A stretch of DNA of 28,442 nucleotides from Elusimicrobiota bacterium (lineage in GTDB: Bacteria; Elusimicrobiota; Endomicrobiia; CG1-02-37-114; JAHJSO01). Below the pieces are notes generated by a model that had not been told where the DNA came from, did not search any database, and saw nothing but the letters and a program-made list of their open reading frames with translations. This document shows, one piece after another, positions 19,072-28,433 of this stretch. The DNA lies in the NCBI GenBank assembly GCA_043826435.1, contig JBDRQF010000018.1, positions 1 through 28,442 of the forward strand, in the 5' to 3' direction. Numbering within the stretch: position 1 is the first letter of the stretch; every line of letters starts with the position of its first letter. The position numbers and the translations under genes were made by a program.

Positions 19072-21708
19072 TTACTGCCCGCAGCACCTTTTGTATTTTT
19101 TCCCGCTCCCGCACGGGCACGGGTCATTCCTGCCGAGTTTTTTAATTGCTGCCGTGCCGTAGGCAGGCTGAGGGCTGCCGCCTCCCCGTGGCGCCTGTTT
19201 TGGGGATTGCAGTGGATGCCTGCCGGCGATACCTTCCGGTTGCCGGGTCTGATTTCCCCTTGTGAGCGTAGGAGTGACCGGCTGGACCCTGAAAATATAT
19301 TCTATTGAACTCTCCCTGATTCTCGTCATCATCTGGTTGAAAATGGCGAACGACTCGCGTTGGTATTCAACAAGAGGGTCTTTCTGGCCGTATGCCCTCA
19401 GGCCTATGCCCTTCTTTAACTGGTCAAGTTCGTACAGGTGTTCTTTCCATGCGATGTCTATCATGTGCAGGAGGATTATCCTTTCAAGTTCCCTTATTGC
19501 TGCCGTGCCGAAGTTGTTTTCCCTTGTTTTATAGAAGTCCAGTATCCTTCCGTTGACGGTTTCCTTAAGCGTTTCCCTTGTGGTTGAATATACTTCCTTT
19601 TCCGGGACGACCAGTTCAATGTCAAAAACCCTTTTCAGCCACAGCGACATGCTCTGCCAGTCCCATTCTTCGGGGTGTTTCTTGGCGCACCACAAATCAA
19701 TTTTTTCTTCAATTGATTCTTCAATCATCGTCTTAATCTGTTCAGATATGTCCTCGCCTTCAAGGGTGCCGTTGCGCAGGGAGTAAACCGCCTCCCTTTG
19801 CTTGTTCATTACGTTGTCGTATTCAAGCAGTTGTTTTCTTATGTCAAAGTTCATCGCTTCAACTTTTCTCTGTGCGTTCTCTATCGCCTTTGTTATCCAT
19901 GGGTGTTCAATGTTTTCCCCCTCTTTCATACCAAGACGTTCCATAATCCCCGACATCCTCTCTCCCCCGAAGAGGCGCATTAGTTCGTCTTCAAGCGAAA
20001 GATAAAACCTTGACGCACCGGGGTCTCCCTGCCTTCCTGAACGGCCCCTCAACTGATTGTCTATTCTCCGCGCTTCATGTCTTTCAGTGCCGATGATATA
20101 GACCCCACCGAGGGATATAACCTCCTCCTGCTGGCGGGGGACAGGCGGGCTTCCTCCCAGTATGATGTCAACGCCTCTGCCGGCCATATTTGTGGCGACT
20201 GTTACGGTTGTCCTTTTGCCCGCCTGCGCTATTATATGGGCTTCCTGCTCGTGGTATTTTGCATTCAGGACCTGGTGTGGTATGCCCCTTTTTCTAAGCA
20301 TCCCGGAGAGCTTTTCGTTTTTTTCTATTGAACGCGTCCCGACGAGGACCGGCTGGCCTTTTTTCCAACACTCCTCAATGTCCTGGACGATGGCGTTCCA
20401 TTTTTCCGGTTCCCTGCGATAAATTACGTCCGGGTGGTCGGCGCGGATCATATTTTTGTGCGTCGGTATAACAATCACGGATAATTTGTATATGTCCCAG
20501 AACTCCTCTGATTCAGTCGCTGCGGTCCCGGTCATCCCTGCGAGTTTTTTATACATCCTGAAATAATTCTGAAACGTTATTGTCGCCAGGGTCTGGTTTT
20601 CTTCGGCGACCCTCATATTTTCCTTCGCCTCTACCGCCTGGTGGAGCCCGTCCGACCACCTCCTGCCCGGCATCAGCCGTCCAGTGAATTCGTCCACGAT
20701 AACGACCTCGCCATCCTTTACCACATAGTCAACGTCCTTTTTGAAGAGCGTGTGCGCCCGCAGCGCCTGCGTTAAGTGGTGGACCCACTCCGACTGGACG
20801 TCGTCGTAAATGTTCTTCACGCCCAGGAGACGCTCGCATTTGGAGACGCCCTGTTCGGTCAGGGTTATTGAGTGCGCCTTTTCGTCAACGATGTAATCAA
20901 ACCCGACAGACAGGTCAACGCCCTTGTATTTCGCTTCAATCTCTTCCGCCTCCGTTATGAATTTGCCTTTCAGGTGTGGCACAACCCGGTTTGCGACGTG
21001 GTATTTTTCAGTTGACGCTTCCGCGGGGCCGGATATAATGAGGGGTGTCCTTGCCTCGTCTATCAGGATTGAATCAACCTCATCAACGATGGCATAACTG
21101 AGTTTTCGGACGACCCTGTCTTCTTTCCTGACGACCATGTTGTCGCGCAGGTAATCAAAACCGAGTTCGTTGTTCGTTATATAGGTTATGTCCCCCGCAT
21201 ACATTTCCTGCCGCTCGGCGAAATTCATGTCATGCTGGACATAACCGGTCTTAAGCCCGAGAAATTCAAACACAGGACCCATCCACTCCCTGTCCCTCTT
21301 GGCCAGGTAGTCGTTTACGGTAACGATGTGGACGCCCTCCCCGGTAAGCGCATTGAGGTATGCGGGCATTGTAGCGGCGAGGGTTTTACCCTCTCCCGTT
21401 TTCATCTCTGCAATCCTGCCTTCATGTAGCACGACGGCGCCTATCAGTTGTTCGTCAAAATGCCTGAGTTTTAAGGTTCTTCTGGACACCTCACGCACGA
21501 CCGCAAACGCCTCAGGCAGGAGGTCCTGCAAGGTTTCCCCTCCGGAAAGTCGTTGCCTGAATTCATCGGTTTTGTTTTTTAACTGTTCGTCGGTAAGTTT
21601 TTCCGTATCATGCTCCAGGGCGTTGATAATTTCTACCAGCGGCTGGATTCTTTTTAGTGTCCGGGTATTCCTGGTTCCGAAAATCGCCCTGATTATCAGA
21701 TTAAGCAT
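19072..21708 (-). CDS. secA: Preprotein translocase ATPase SecA
   Basis: [52 protein letters not shown] tail [19 protein letters not shown]. Confidence 0.98.
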   Translation of the reverse strand: MLNLIIRAIFGTRNTRTLKRIQPLVEIINALEHDTEKLTDEQLKNKTDEFRQRLSGGETLQDLLPEAFAVVREVSRRTLKLRHFDEQLIGAVVLHEGRIAEMKTGEGKTLAATMPAYLNALTGEGVHIVTVNDYLAKRDREWMGPVFEFLGLKTGYVQHDMNFAERQEMYAGDITYITNNELGFDYLRDNMVVRKEDRVVRKLSYAIVDEVDSILIDEARTPLIISGPAEASTEKYHVANRVVPHLKGKFITEAEEIEAKYKGVDLSVGFDYIVDEKAHSITLTEQGVSKCERLLGVKNIYDDVQSEWVHHLTQALRAHTLFKKDVDYVVKDGEVVIVDEFTGRLMPGRRWSDGLHQAVEAKENMRVAEENQTLATITFQNYFRMYKKLAGMTGTAATESEEFWDIYKLSVIVIPTHKNMIRADHPDVIYRREPEKWNAIVQDIEECWKKGQPVLVGTRSIEKNEKLSGMLRKRGIPHQVLNAKYHEQEAHIIAQAGKRTTVTVATNMAGRGVDIILGGSPPVPRQQEEVISLGGVYIIGTERHEARRIDNQLRGRSGRQGDPGASRFYLSLEDELMRLFGGERMSGIMERLGMKEGENIEHPWITKAIENAQRKVEAMNFDIRKQLLEYDNVMNKQREAVYSLRNGTLEGEDISEQIKTMIEESIEEKIDLWCAKKHPEEWDWQSMSLWLKRVFDIELVVPEKEVYSTTRETLKETVNGRILDFYKTRENNFGTAAIRELERIILLHMIDIAWKEHLYELDQLKKGIGLRAYGQKDPLVEYQRESFAIFNQMMTRIRESSIEYIFRVQPVTPTLTRGNQTRQPEGIAGRHPLQSPKQAPRGGGSPQPAYGTAAIKKLGRNDPCPCGSGKKYKRCCGQ

Positions 21709-21787
21709 TGTTGGTCGCTCCGTTTGGCCGTCGCTACAGCCAGGCCCCGCATACGGTTTGCCCGCTACCGGTCCCGCTATAACTCAT

Positions 21788-21816
21788 ATTTTACAAAAAA
21801 TATAATTTTTTATCAA
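21788..21816 (-). promoter_or_regulatory. Putative sigma70 promoter of secA-lnt
   Basis: TTGATA-17 nt-TAAAAT about 80 nt upstream of the ATG. Confidence 0.6.
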
Positions 21817-21894
21817 CAATGCCCCGTATTAATAAAAAAAGTTTATTCAGAGTTGTTTCTAGTGGAGTGTTTATGATAATGTGTGCAGCCGGGA

Positions 21895-22959
21895 TTATTT
21901 CTTATCAGGCGGGGCAGGTTGTTCAGTTGGCAATGGAGTAGATGGCGGTGTGAACTGTTCCGACGACACAATCTGCGGGGTGATATATATCTGGACTTCT
22001 GTTATGACCTTTTCAAGTTTTGTTGACCTGAATAAATATCCGAGTAAAGGTATGTCCATCAGGAATGGTATGCCGACCTTTATTTTTCTGTCTTCTTCTT
22101 TGAGCAGTCCGCCGAGGACTGCTGTCCAGTCGGACTTCAGCCGTATCTGTGAGTCAATGTTTCTTGTCGCTATCTGCGGGTAGCCCTGTGGCGTTGTCCT
22201 GCCTATTGAACTCACCTCACCTGTTATCTCTAAGAGCAGTTCATTCTCTTTCTCAAATATGTGCGGTGTGACCTGCAGTTTTACCCCTATCTCCTCAAAC
22301 TGTATTGATGTCGTCTGGGCTATCTGTCCTGATATAACCTGTGTCTGCGTTATGGGTATTGGCACCCTGTCACCTGCACCAAATGTCGCTTTCTGATTGC
22401 TCACCACAAGCACCTTCGGGTTTGCCTTGATGTTGACATCCGCCTTTTCTCCTTTGAGATGCACCAGTCCGGGAAACAAATCAGACACATCCTCTGTTGT
22501 CAGTCGTTCCACCCTCGGCGGCAGAAGTGTCGGCAGGTCCCATGTGTATTTTGCAAGTTCTATGCCTATTGTCTTGCTTTTGCTCCTTGATATCTCCGCT
22601 ACCTGCATCGTTATTATCGCCTGTTTGTAGGGAACATCGTTTGACTGAATTATTGCCTTCGCTTCCTCTATCAATTGCGGCGTGTTATACACCTGGACGG
22701 CATTTCTTATCTCGTCAGGATAGATCTTTATAGCAGGTAGAAGTATCTCCAGAAGTTTCGTTATGTCTTTCGCCCTGCTGTGTTTGAGGAAAATCAGTTC
22801 TGATGTTCTGGGTGTCTCCTGTGCGGACAGGAAGGGTGTGTGCCGCAGAGCGGCGATAAAAATAATCAGTATGATATATAAAAATCTATTTTTTGGTGCG
22901 GGGGTTGCCTGGCTGACCTGGGTTGGTGTTGTCTGAATTGTCCGGGTTTCCTTTTTCAT
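21895..22959 (-). CDS. Short outer-membrane secretin (GspD/PilQ/pIV superfamily)
   Basis: One NolW-like N domain (FLKHSRAKDI...DEIRNAV...DVPYKQ) plus secretin core (ANPKVLV.NQKATFGAGDRVPI, IGVKLQVTPHI, VLGGLL, GIPFLMDIPLLGYLFRS, IYITPQIV). Start set at ATG 22959 (purine-rich SD, hydrophobic signal follows). Confidence 0.9.
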   Translation of the reverse strand: MKKETRTIQTTPTQVSQATPAPKNRFLYIILIIFIAALRHTPFLSAQETPRTSELIFLKHSRAKDITKLLEILLPAIKIYPDEIRNAVQVYNTPQLIEEAKAIIQSNDVPYKQAIITMQVAEISRSKSKTIGIELAKYTWDLPTLLPPRVERLTTEDVSDLFPGLVHLKGEKADVNIKANPKVLVVSNQKATFGAGDRVPIPITQTQVISGQIAQTTSIQFEEIGVKLQVTPHIFEKENELLLEITGEVSSIGRTTPQGYPQIATRNIDSQIRLKSDWTAVLGGLLKEEDRKIKVGIPFLMDIPLLGYLFRSTKLEKVITEVQIYITPQIVSSEQFTPPSTPLPTEQPAPPDKK

Positions 22960-24319
22960 CCTGTCTCCCTTTGGAAGGATTACTAACCTGCTCGTCGCTA
23001 TTCCCTTTGTTGTCGGAGATATTTTCAGGCATGTCGCCTGACTTGTCGTCGTTGCCCTTTGTTCTGTCATCAATCGGCGGTTTAGTCATTTTGTGCTCTT
23101 CTGCGAGCTTACTATTTCTGACGGTTAAACGGTTGTCCCAGTTGCCAGTGTCCTTTATGTGCTTCTGGAATCCAATATCATTTCTGTATTCAGCCCTCAT
23201 GTCTTTGAATTGTCCTGAATGAGCGCCAAAATTACTGTGCCACACTATTTCCCCTGTCTCACCATCTGTTATTACAGTATAGGTGTAAATAAGTGATGAG
23301 GTGTTCTGGTCTGCACCGGGAATACTTATAACTGGTTTTTCTATGTCTCTTTTTGTCCAGTTATGCTCATATCTTTTTTGCCGCTCTTTCCAGTCAGGGT
23401 ATTTGTCTTTCATACTCAGTATTCCAGAGTCACTATCAGACCAAATGTTTTTAGCAGTCCCATTGTTAAACTTCAATTTCTCCGGAAATAATACCCTGCT
23501 GAGTTTAGATTCGCTCATTTGGTTTTTATTCTCAGATGATTTTACTGATGTCCTGCCTTTGTTCTCGCTGGTAAGTTCTGTGTGCGCTATTTCATCAACT
23601 TTCAGGTGCGAAGGTATGTTCACTGTTTTCACCGCATTACTTCTGTGCGTGTTCCCTTTTGCGGGTGTTGTAACATATGATGGACTATCCTCTGGCGGGT
23701 TTATCACCCTTATTGTGTCATTGCCAACGAAGGTATCGCCTGTGATGAAATCCCCTGCAAATGATATTTTCACATTCTCAGCAGGTGTAAGAACAGACCC
23801 AATCGCTTCCCTGTCAAATTTTACCATTAACTCTTTCTGTCCATCACTGTCTTCATCTGTTATACCTGTGGGGAATAAAAGACACTGGATAGGTGAGACA
23901 TCTGTGCCGTTGATAGCACAAATATGCACTGTCCTTATGTCTATCTCTGTCGGGGAATATCCCGGAGGCATCTCTATATATACAGTCACAAACCTGCCTT
24001 CACTCCTCAGGTTGAGTGTGTCAGGGTCAAAGTTCACTGACACAGGAAAGTCAATATAGTAGCCCCAGTAATATCCAAGCAGTGCAGTATAATTTTGGCT
24101 GGCACTTACTTCAACTGCTGGCTGCCCAATTGTGTCGTCATAAATAAAATTCTCCGTCTCACCAGAGCCCCCGCCTGAACTTAACACTTCCGTCGGAATC
24201 TGGTAATTGGGGCTGATAAGTTTTGCTTCAGCAGGACACAATACGTCAGATGTTAACAGAAACACCGCACATACCAGAAATATCAGATGCGGCAATCTTA
24301 CACGCTTGTTAGAATTCAT
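22886..24319 (-). CDS. Secreted modular protein: N-terminal SSGGG...TIGQ domain, Ig-like domain with DxDxDG loop, low-complexity tail
   Basis: GAGGAG before ATG 24319; signal peptide; SPNYQIPTEVLSSGGGSGETENFIYDDTIGQP...NYTALLGYY; PDTLNLRSEGRFVTVYIE...DEDSDGQKELMVKFDR. Confidence 0.8.
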   Translation of the reverse strand: MNSNKRVRLPHLIFLVCAVFLLTSDVLCPAEAKLISPNYQIPTEVLSSGGGSGETENFIYDDTIGQPAVEVSASQNYTALLGYYWGYYIDFPVSVNFDPDTLNLRSEGRFVTVYIEMPPGYSPTEIDIRTVHICAINGTDVSPIQCLLFPTGITDEDSDGQKELMVKFDREAIGSVLTPAENVKISFAGDFITGDTFVGNDTIRVINPPEDSPSYVTTPAKGNTHRSNAVKTVNIPSHLKVDEIAHTELTSENKGRTSVKSSENKNQMSESKLSRVLFPEKLKFNNGTAKNIWSDSDSGILSMKDKYPDWKERQKRYEHNWTKRDIEKPVISIPGADQNTSSLIYTYTVITDGETGEIVWHSNFGAHSGQFKDMRAEYRNDIGFQKHIKDTGNWDNRLTVRNSKLAEEHKMTKPPIDDRTKGNDDKSGDMPENISDNKGNSDEQVSNPSKGRQDEKGNPDNSDNTNPGQPGNPRTKK

Positions 24320-24358
24320 ATTTCGCTCCTCATAACCTGCCAAATATCTCAACCCCTT

Positions 24359-25462
24359 TTACCAGTTTGTGGTTATACCAAATGAAACTATCCATACACT
24401 ATACTGAAATTTCTCATCTGAATGTTCCATTTCCGGGGCAGTAATATAATTAGCATTAAACGATACGTGAAATAATTTTGTTTGAAAAAGTTCTAGTCCT
24501 GTTGTCGGCGAAAGAAAAATATTTTTATACCATTTAGCTCCGCCAAACTGCTCACCAAATCCTACTTCCAGCCATCCGAAAGAACACCCAATGTAGGGGG
24601 ATATCCAGCTGGGATAAAAAAAATGTTTCCTTATGGTTAATGGAAACCAATAATTCATCTTAAAATATTTTTTTTCGGTCTCTAACGATGAATGATGGCT
24701 CATCCAAATCCAATTTATACCCCAACCATTAGTAAATGTCCACCACCACAGAAGTCCTCCACTTCTTGCTTCAACTCTTTTTTCTGATTTATCAACAATA
24801 CTCCCAAATACATTAACAACACTATTCATATCTACGGAACCATAAACACCTAATCCAAAAAATCTCCTCTGCCCAAGATATTTAACTGTATCTCCTGGGC
24901 CTATTTCTTTTTTTGTATCCGTATAAAGTTTACCTATTGCCTGATGGTCACCAATACCTGCAAGTTCTATCTTACCTTTGTATTTACCGCTTGAGTCATA
25001 TATTGCATAGATGTCCCGTTCACGAACTTCATGCAATGAGCCCCTGTCTATATGAACCTGTCGTCCATACGAAGCAAGAACATGGCCTTCTTTCTTGGGA
25101 ACGAATAACGCTTTTCTGTCAAGTTTTAGATATACCTCTGTTGTCCCCTGTTTCTTTTCACCTACTGCATAGACCTTTTCTCCTGTTGCTATTTCTACCT
25201 GTTTTGCAACCGTTCCTTCATAGATGTGTTTATTCTGTTCAATACCATGGTGGTCACCCAATATTGCAGGAATCTGTCTGTCTTTATCAATATACACAAC
25301 AAGCCCTATCGGTAATTTTAATTCAAGTTCTACTGTGACAATAAGTCCTTTGCCTCGTCTATAAACACCACTCACTTTACCTATCTCGGTAAGTGTGGCA
25401 GAAAAACACTTTTCTAACCAGCAAAATGAAAAAATCAAAATTAATAAAAAAACTTTTCTCAT
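24359..25462 (-). CDS. Outer-membrane protein: FlgT-C-like beta domain(s) plus C-terminal beta-barrel
   Basis: Signal peptide; VHIDRGSLHEVRERDIYAIY...GKIEL...AIGKL...IGPGDTV; amphipathic strands with ISPYIG and terminal VSFGITTNW; TAATG coupling to the fibre gene. Confidence 0.7.
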   Translation of the reverse strand: MRKVFLLILIFSFCWLEKCFSATLTEIGKVSGVYRRGKGLIVTVELELKLPIGLVVYIDKDRQIPAILGDHHGIEQNKHIYEGTVAKQVEIATGEKVYAVGEKKQGTTEVYLKLDRKALFVPKKEGHVLASYGRQVHIDRGSLHEVRERDIYAIYDSSGKYKGKIELAGIGDHQAIGKLYTDTKKEIGPGDTVKYLGQRRFFGLGVYGSVDMNSVVNVFGSIVDKSEKRVEARSGGLLWWWTFTNGWGINWIWMSHHSSLETEKKYFKMNYWFPLTIRKHFFYPSWISPYIGCSFGWLEVGFGEQFGGAKWYKNIFLSPTTGLELFQTKLFHVSFNANYITAPEMEHSDEKFQYSVWIVSFGITTNW

Positions 25463-27717
25463 TACAGTTTCATTATAAATGCTAATTTGTAATATGAAGG
25501 ACGAATATCAATCAAAGAACCCGAACCAGTAGAAGCAGTTGTAAAAGCATGCGAATGGTCTCCTATTGCTGATGTACTCTGTGATGCCCCGGATCCCCAT
25601 GTTCCTTCCCCGCCACCAAATCGTCCAACCCCCTTCAGATCAAGAGTATGGCTATGGCCCCCTGCTCCCGCTGTGGTGCCAGTATGTGTATGTGCCGGAA
25701 GTTGACTTGTACTGAGTGTTATGGAGTGACTGCCACCTATTCCTCCGGGATTCTCTCCAGCAGATGAACTCAAAATAAACCTGTTTCTCAAATCCGGGGT
25801 TGTAACTGAATCGCCATTTGGTGCGGTATATGACTTCCCGTCACACAATGCCCAACCCGCAGGAATTGATGCCAGTGTCCCTGACCACATAACTATTACT
25901 CCCCGAGGCAGTAAATCATTGTTGTATTCCTTTATTTTCCCTGATACGGTGAGGTTCCCGTTCACATCAAGTTTTTGTGCAGGAGACGTTGTGCCGATAC
26001 CGACATTACCTGAAATTCTGGCATTACCGACAACATCAAGTTTTTCTGTTGGTGAGTTTGTGCCAATACCTACACCGCCAGAACCCGTTGCAAGATTAAG
26101 TCCACCTGATTTCGTTTGTATCGTGCTTGATGTATCAAGAAAATATGACGAAGTGTGTCCTCCAAGGGTACCTGCGTCAAAAAGGAGTGCCGATATTGAA
26201 CCGGTTACTGCAAGATTACCGTGGATTGTGGTAGTCGGTCCAAGTGTTATACGTTTTACACCATATTTTTCATAGATATCTCTATTCCCCCCTATGGAGA
26301 TATCTCCCATAAAATATGTAGTGGTACCGGGTCTGCCAATAATGGTTTCCCCTTTCCCCAGAGTATTTAGACAGAGGTCTGCCTTATTTTTTAAACCCGC
26401 ATCTATGTATAAAAATTGTTCAGTTGTCCCTAACTTCAAGTCGTAGTAGCCGAATAATTGTATCTCAGAGCCAGTGATGTTCATTCCGGTACTTCCTCCC
26501 GCAGCTTGTATTCTTAATGGTTCTTGTCCCCTTGTGGATATACAGGGATTAAAGGCACTGAATTCATATGTATACCACGGCGGACCTATTCTAAATATTT
26601 CATAATCAGGGCCTCCGTTCCATCTCATTAAACTAAAGTTATATGATTTCCAAAGAATATCAATAGAACTATTAGAATTTAAATCATACAAACGGATTCT
26701 CGGCTCACTTTTTTGTATGTGTAAATCAGTTTGGGGCGATGTCGTTCCTATTCCTATTCTTTGTGTTTCAGTCGTTATATAAACAGTATCTCTTCCTATA
26801 TGTAAATCACCGTCCATAATTGTTTTGGATTTTACTATAACCTCTCCTTTACCAGCATCTATTGTAATTGGAGCGTCTTCTTTTGAGGTTATAACGGGAC
26901 TTGTGGATGGCAGGACTATATGCCCCTGGGTTTCCGGCTGGGTTGAAACAGTAACGAATTTATCAAGGACTTCATCGGCAAGCTTGGGCAGGGTTATTGC
27001 TCCGTCAATAACGGTCTGGGCAGTTCCGGCACTTATGGCTGTCTGTGCAGTCGCTGCGGTGTCTGCCGTCAGTGCGTGCTGCGACAGGACTGATGTGTCT
27101 GAATGCGTTGCCCTGTCTGATGTCTTTGCGTGGTCGGATACTTTTGAATGGACTGCCTCATCTGCCAAAAATGCGTAGGCAACTGTTACAAGTCGCTGGC
27201 GGGGACTCATCGGCGGATCGTTTAACGGCGAGTCAATGTCTATTTCTAAATATCTGTGGGGACTGCCAGTGAATACCTCCGCAGGCATGGGCTGGACTGC
27301 CCCGAGCAGCACCTGAAATATTCCACGCTCTGCCCGGACTGTCTGAAATTCACTCCAGACACTGCCCCCCCCTTGGACACTATCCCATAATGAGAATTTA
27401 ACTTTGTATTCACCAGTCAGCGGCACCCCCTGTTTGTCTGTGAGTCGTCCCTGCAGGTTTAATAACTGTGGAACCCCACTCAAGACAGGCGGGGCAGACA
27501 CCGATGTAAATAACAGGAAAACACCCGCTATAATGACTGAACTTAAATAATGTCTGCCGCTTATACCAGCGTCTGAATCGGTGCCGCCGGATGGACTGAT
27601 GCTGGTGGCTGAACTGCCACCCATCTGCTTAAACAAATTTTTGCGGTTGATTTCATCAACAGGTCTACGGTGTGTTTCCTGCGGGGCACTGCAACGCATC
27701 CGGTGTGATTTAAACAT
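25462..27717 (-). CDS. Signal-anchored trimeric fibre/adhesin with phage tail-collar-like C-terminus
   Basis: GGAGG before ATG 27717; hydrophobic segment; VPQLLNLQGRLTD...PRQRLVTVAYA head; Ala/Ser-x-x repeats; three GIGTxSP repeats; PRGVIVMWSG..IPAGWALCDG..TPDLRNRFI; HTH/HSH/HSH; PSYYKLAFIMKL. Confidence 0.85.
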   Translation of the reverse strand: MFKSHRMRCSAPQETHRRPVDEINRKNLFKQMGGSSATSISPSGGTDSDAGISGRHYLSSVIIAGVFLLFTSVSAPPVLSGVPQLLNLQGRLTDKQGVPLTGEYKVKFSLWDSVQGGGSVWSEFQTVRAERGIFQVLLGAVQPMPAEVFTGSPHRYLEIDIDSPLNDPPMSPRQRLVTVAYAFLADEAVHSKVSDHAKTSDRATHSDTSVLSQHALTADTAATAQTAISAGTAQTVIDGAITLPKLADEVLDKFVTVSTQPETQGHIVLPSTSPVITSKEDAPITIDAGKGEVIVKSKTIMDGDLHIGRDTVYITTETQRIGIGTTSPQTDLHIQKSEPRIRLYDLNSNSSIDILWKSYNFSLMRWNGGPDYEIFRIGPPWYTYEFSAFNPCISTRGQEPLRIQAAGGSTGMNITGSEIQLFGYYDLKLGTTEQFLYIDAGLKNKADLCLNTLGKGETIIGRPGTTTYFMGDISIGGNRDIYEKYGVKRITLGPTTTIHGNLAVTGSISALLFDAGTLGGHTSSYFLDTSSTIQTKSGGLNLATGSGGVGIGTNSPTEKLDVVGNARISGNVGIGTTSPAQKLDVNGNLTVSGKIKEYNNDLLPRGVIVMWSGTLASIPAGWALCDGKSYTAPNGDSVTTPDLRNRFILSSSAGENPGGIGGSHSITLSTSQLPAHTHTGTTAGAGGHSHTLDLKGVGRFGGGEGTWGSGASQSTSAIGDHSHAFTTASTGSGSLIDIRPSYYKLAFIMKL

Positions 27718-27868
27718 TTTCCCTACCTCCAACAATGACTTATTTTTGGGGTGAAATCGTCGGGCTAATGAGAAAGATGTTGAGATGAATTAATCAGTTT
27801 GAAGTTTGATAGTTAAATTTCCCTGTCGCCGGGCTCTGTCTCCCCCTTTCTGTTTTATTGCCAGCACA

Positions 27869-27897
27869 TTCATAACATATAAAAACGCTTTTGTCAA
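27869..27897 (-). promoter_or_regulatory. Possible promoter of the fibre-secretin operon
   Basis: TTGACA-17 nt-TATGAA preceded by TGT; the -10 is imperfect. Confidence 0.45.
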
Positions 27898-27975
27898 GGT
27901 GGGTAAGAAAAAAATCCATCCCGCCCGGTAATCTTACATGAATCTGTAATAGATTAACTGCCCTGGCGCCTGTAT

Positions 27976-28039
27976 AAAAAAAACAAAACCCCCGGACTGT
28001 TCTTAAATAACTTTAATAACTTCCGAGGGCTTCTGTTTT
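27976..28039 (-). terminator. Intrinsic terminator after the cold-shock gene
   Basis: AAACAGAAGCCCTCGGA ... TCCGGGGGTTTTGTTT stem with G-U pairs, followed by a T-run; large loop. Confidence 0.7.
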
Positions 28040-28055
28040 ATTTTCGTCAGTGAAC

Positions 28056-28265
28056 TTAAGGAGTGGAAATTCTCTTTACATTTTCTGCTTTTTCGCCTTT
28101 AGGCGAATTCGTTACATTGAACTCAACATCTTCCCCTTCTCTGAGGGTTTTGTAACCATCACCTTCAATAGCCTGAAAATGAACGAACACATCTCCGGAT
28201 CCATCATCTTTAGAGATGAAACCATAGCCTTTCCGTTCGCTGAACCATTTTACTTTACCACGCAT
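28056..28265 (-). CDS. Cold-shock domain protein (CspA family)
   Basis: GKVKWF, RNP1 KGYGFI, RNP2 VFVHF, YKTLREG. Confidence 0.96.
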   Translation of the reverse strand: MRGKVKWFSERKGYGFISKDDGSGDVFVHFQAIEGDGYKTLREGEDVEFNVTNSPKGEKAENVKRISTP

Positions 28266-28371
28266 TTACGTTTGTTGCTTCTTACAACCCACCTTTTTTT
28301 CCAGCCACCAACAGTGACCTAAACACTCCGGATGAATCCTAAAAACCTGCCTTAAAATCCACCCATATGAA

Positions 28372-28400
28372 ATTATAGCATATTTGTTTTTTTTTGTCAA
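28372..28400 (-). promoter_or_regulatory. Consensus sigma70 promoter of the cold-shock gene
   Basis: TTGACA-17 nt-TATAAT with TGC extended -10; implies a 5' UTR of about 100 nt, as is usual for csp genes. Confidence 0.85.
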
Positions 28401-28433
28401 CCCCCTTTTATAAAACAGCCCCTTTTTATAAAA
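28401..28433. repeat. 15-bp direct repeat CCCCTTTTTATAAAA x2
   Basis: Exact copies at 28401-28415 and 28419-28433. Confidence 0.8.

Noticed and set aside
21712..21785. GC-rich secA leader with repeated TAGCGGG, as a possible tRNA or secM-like element
   Set aside because: No cloverleaf or T-loop, and no credible signal-bearing leader ORF.
22960..23073. Longer secretin N-terminus in the ORF track
   Set aside because: Lies wholly inside the upstream gene and would put the signal peptide too far from the start; ATG 22959 has a better SD.
25462..26100. Diversity-generating retroelement target in the fibre tip
   Set aside because: No reverse transcriptase and no near-identical template repeat differing at adenines found by eye; the GIGT repeats are ordinary protein repeats.
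21895..27735. Prophage, filamentous phage or contractile injection system
   Set aside because: No capsid, terminase, sheath, tube, baseplate, Zot-like ATPase, replication or integrase genes; all four products have export signals.
529..28322. Numerous plus-strand ORFs in the track (e.g. 3814..4833, 9992..10720, 23301..24059)
   Set aside because: They are antisense shadows of well-supported minus-strand genes, Ser/Phe-rich and without recognisable motifs.
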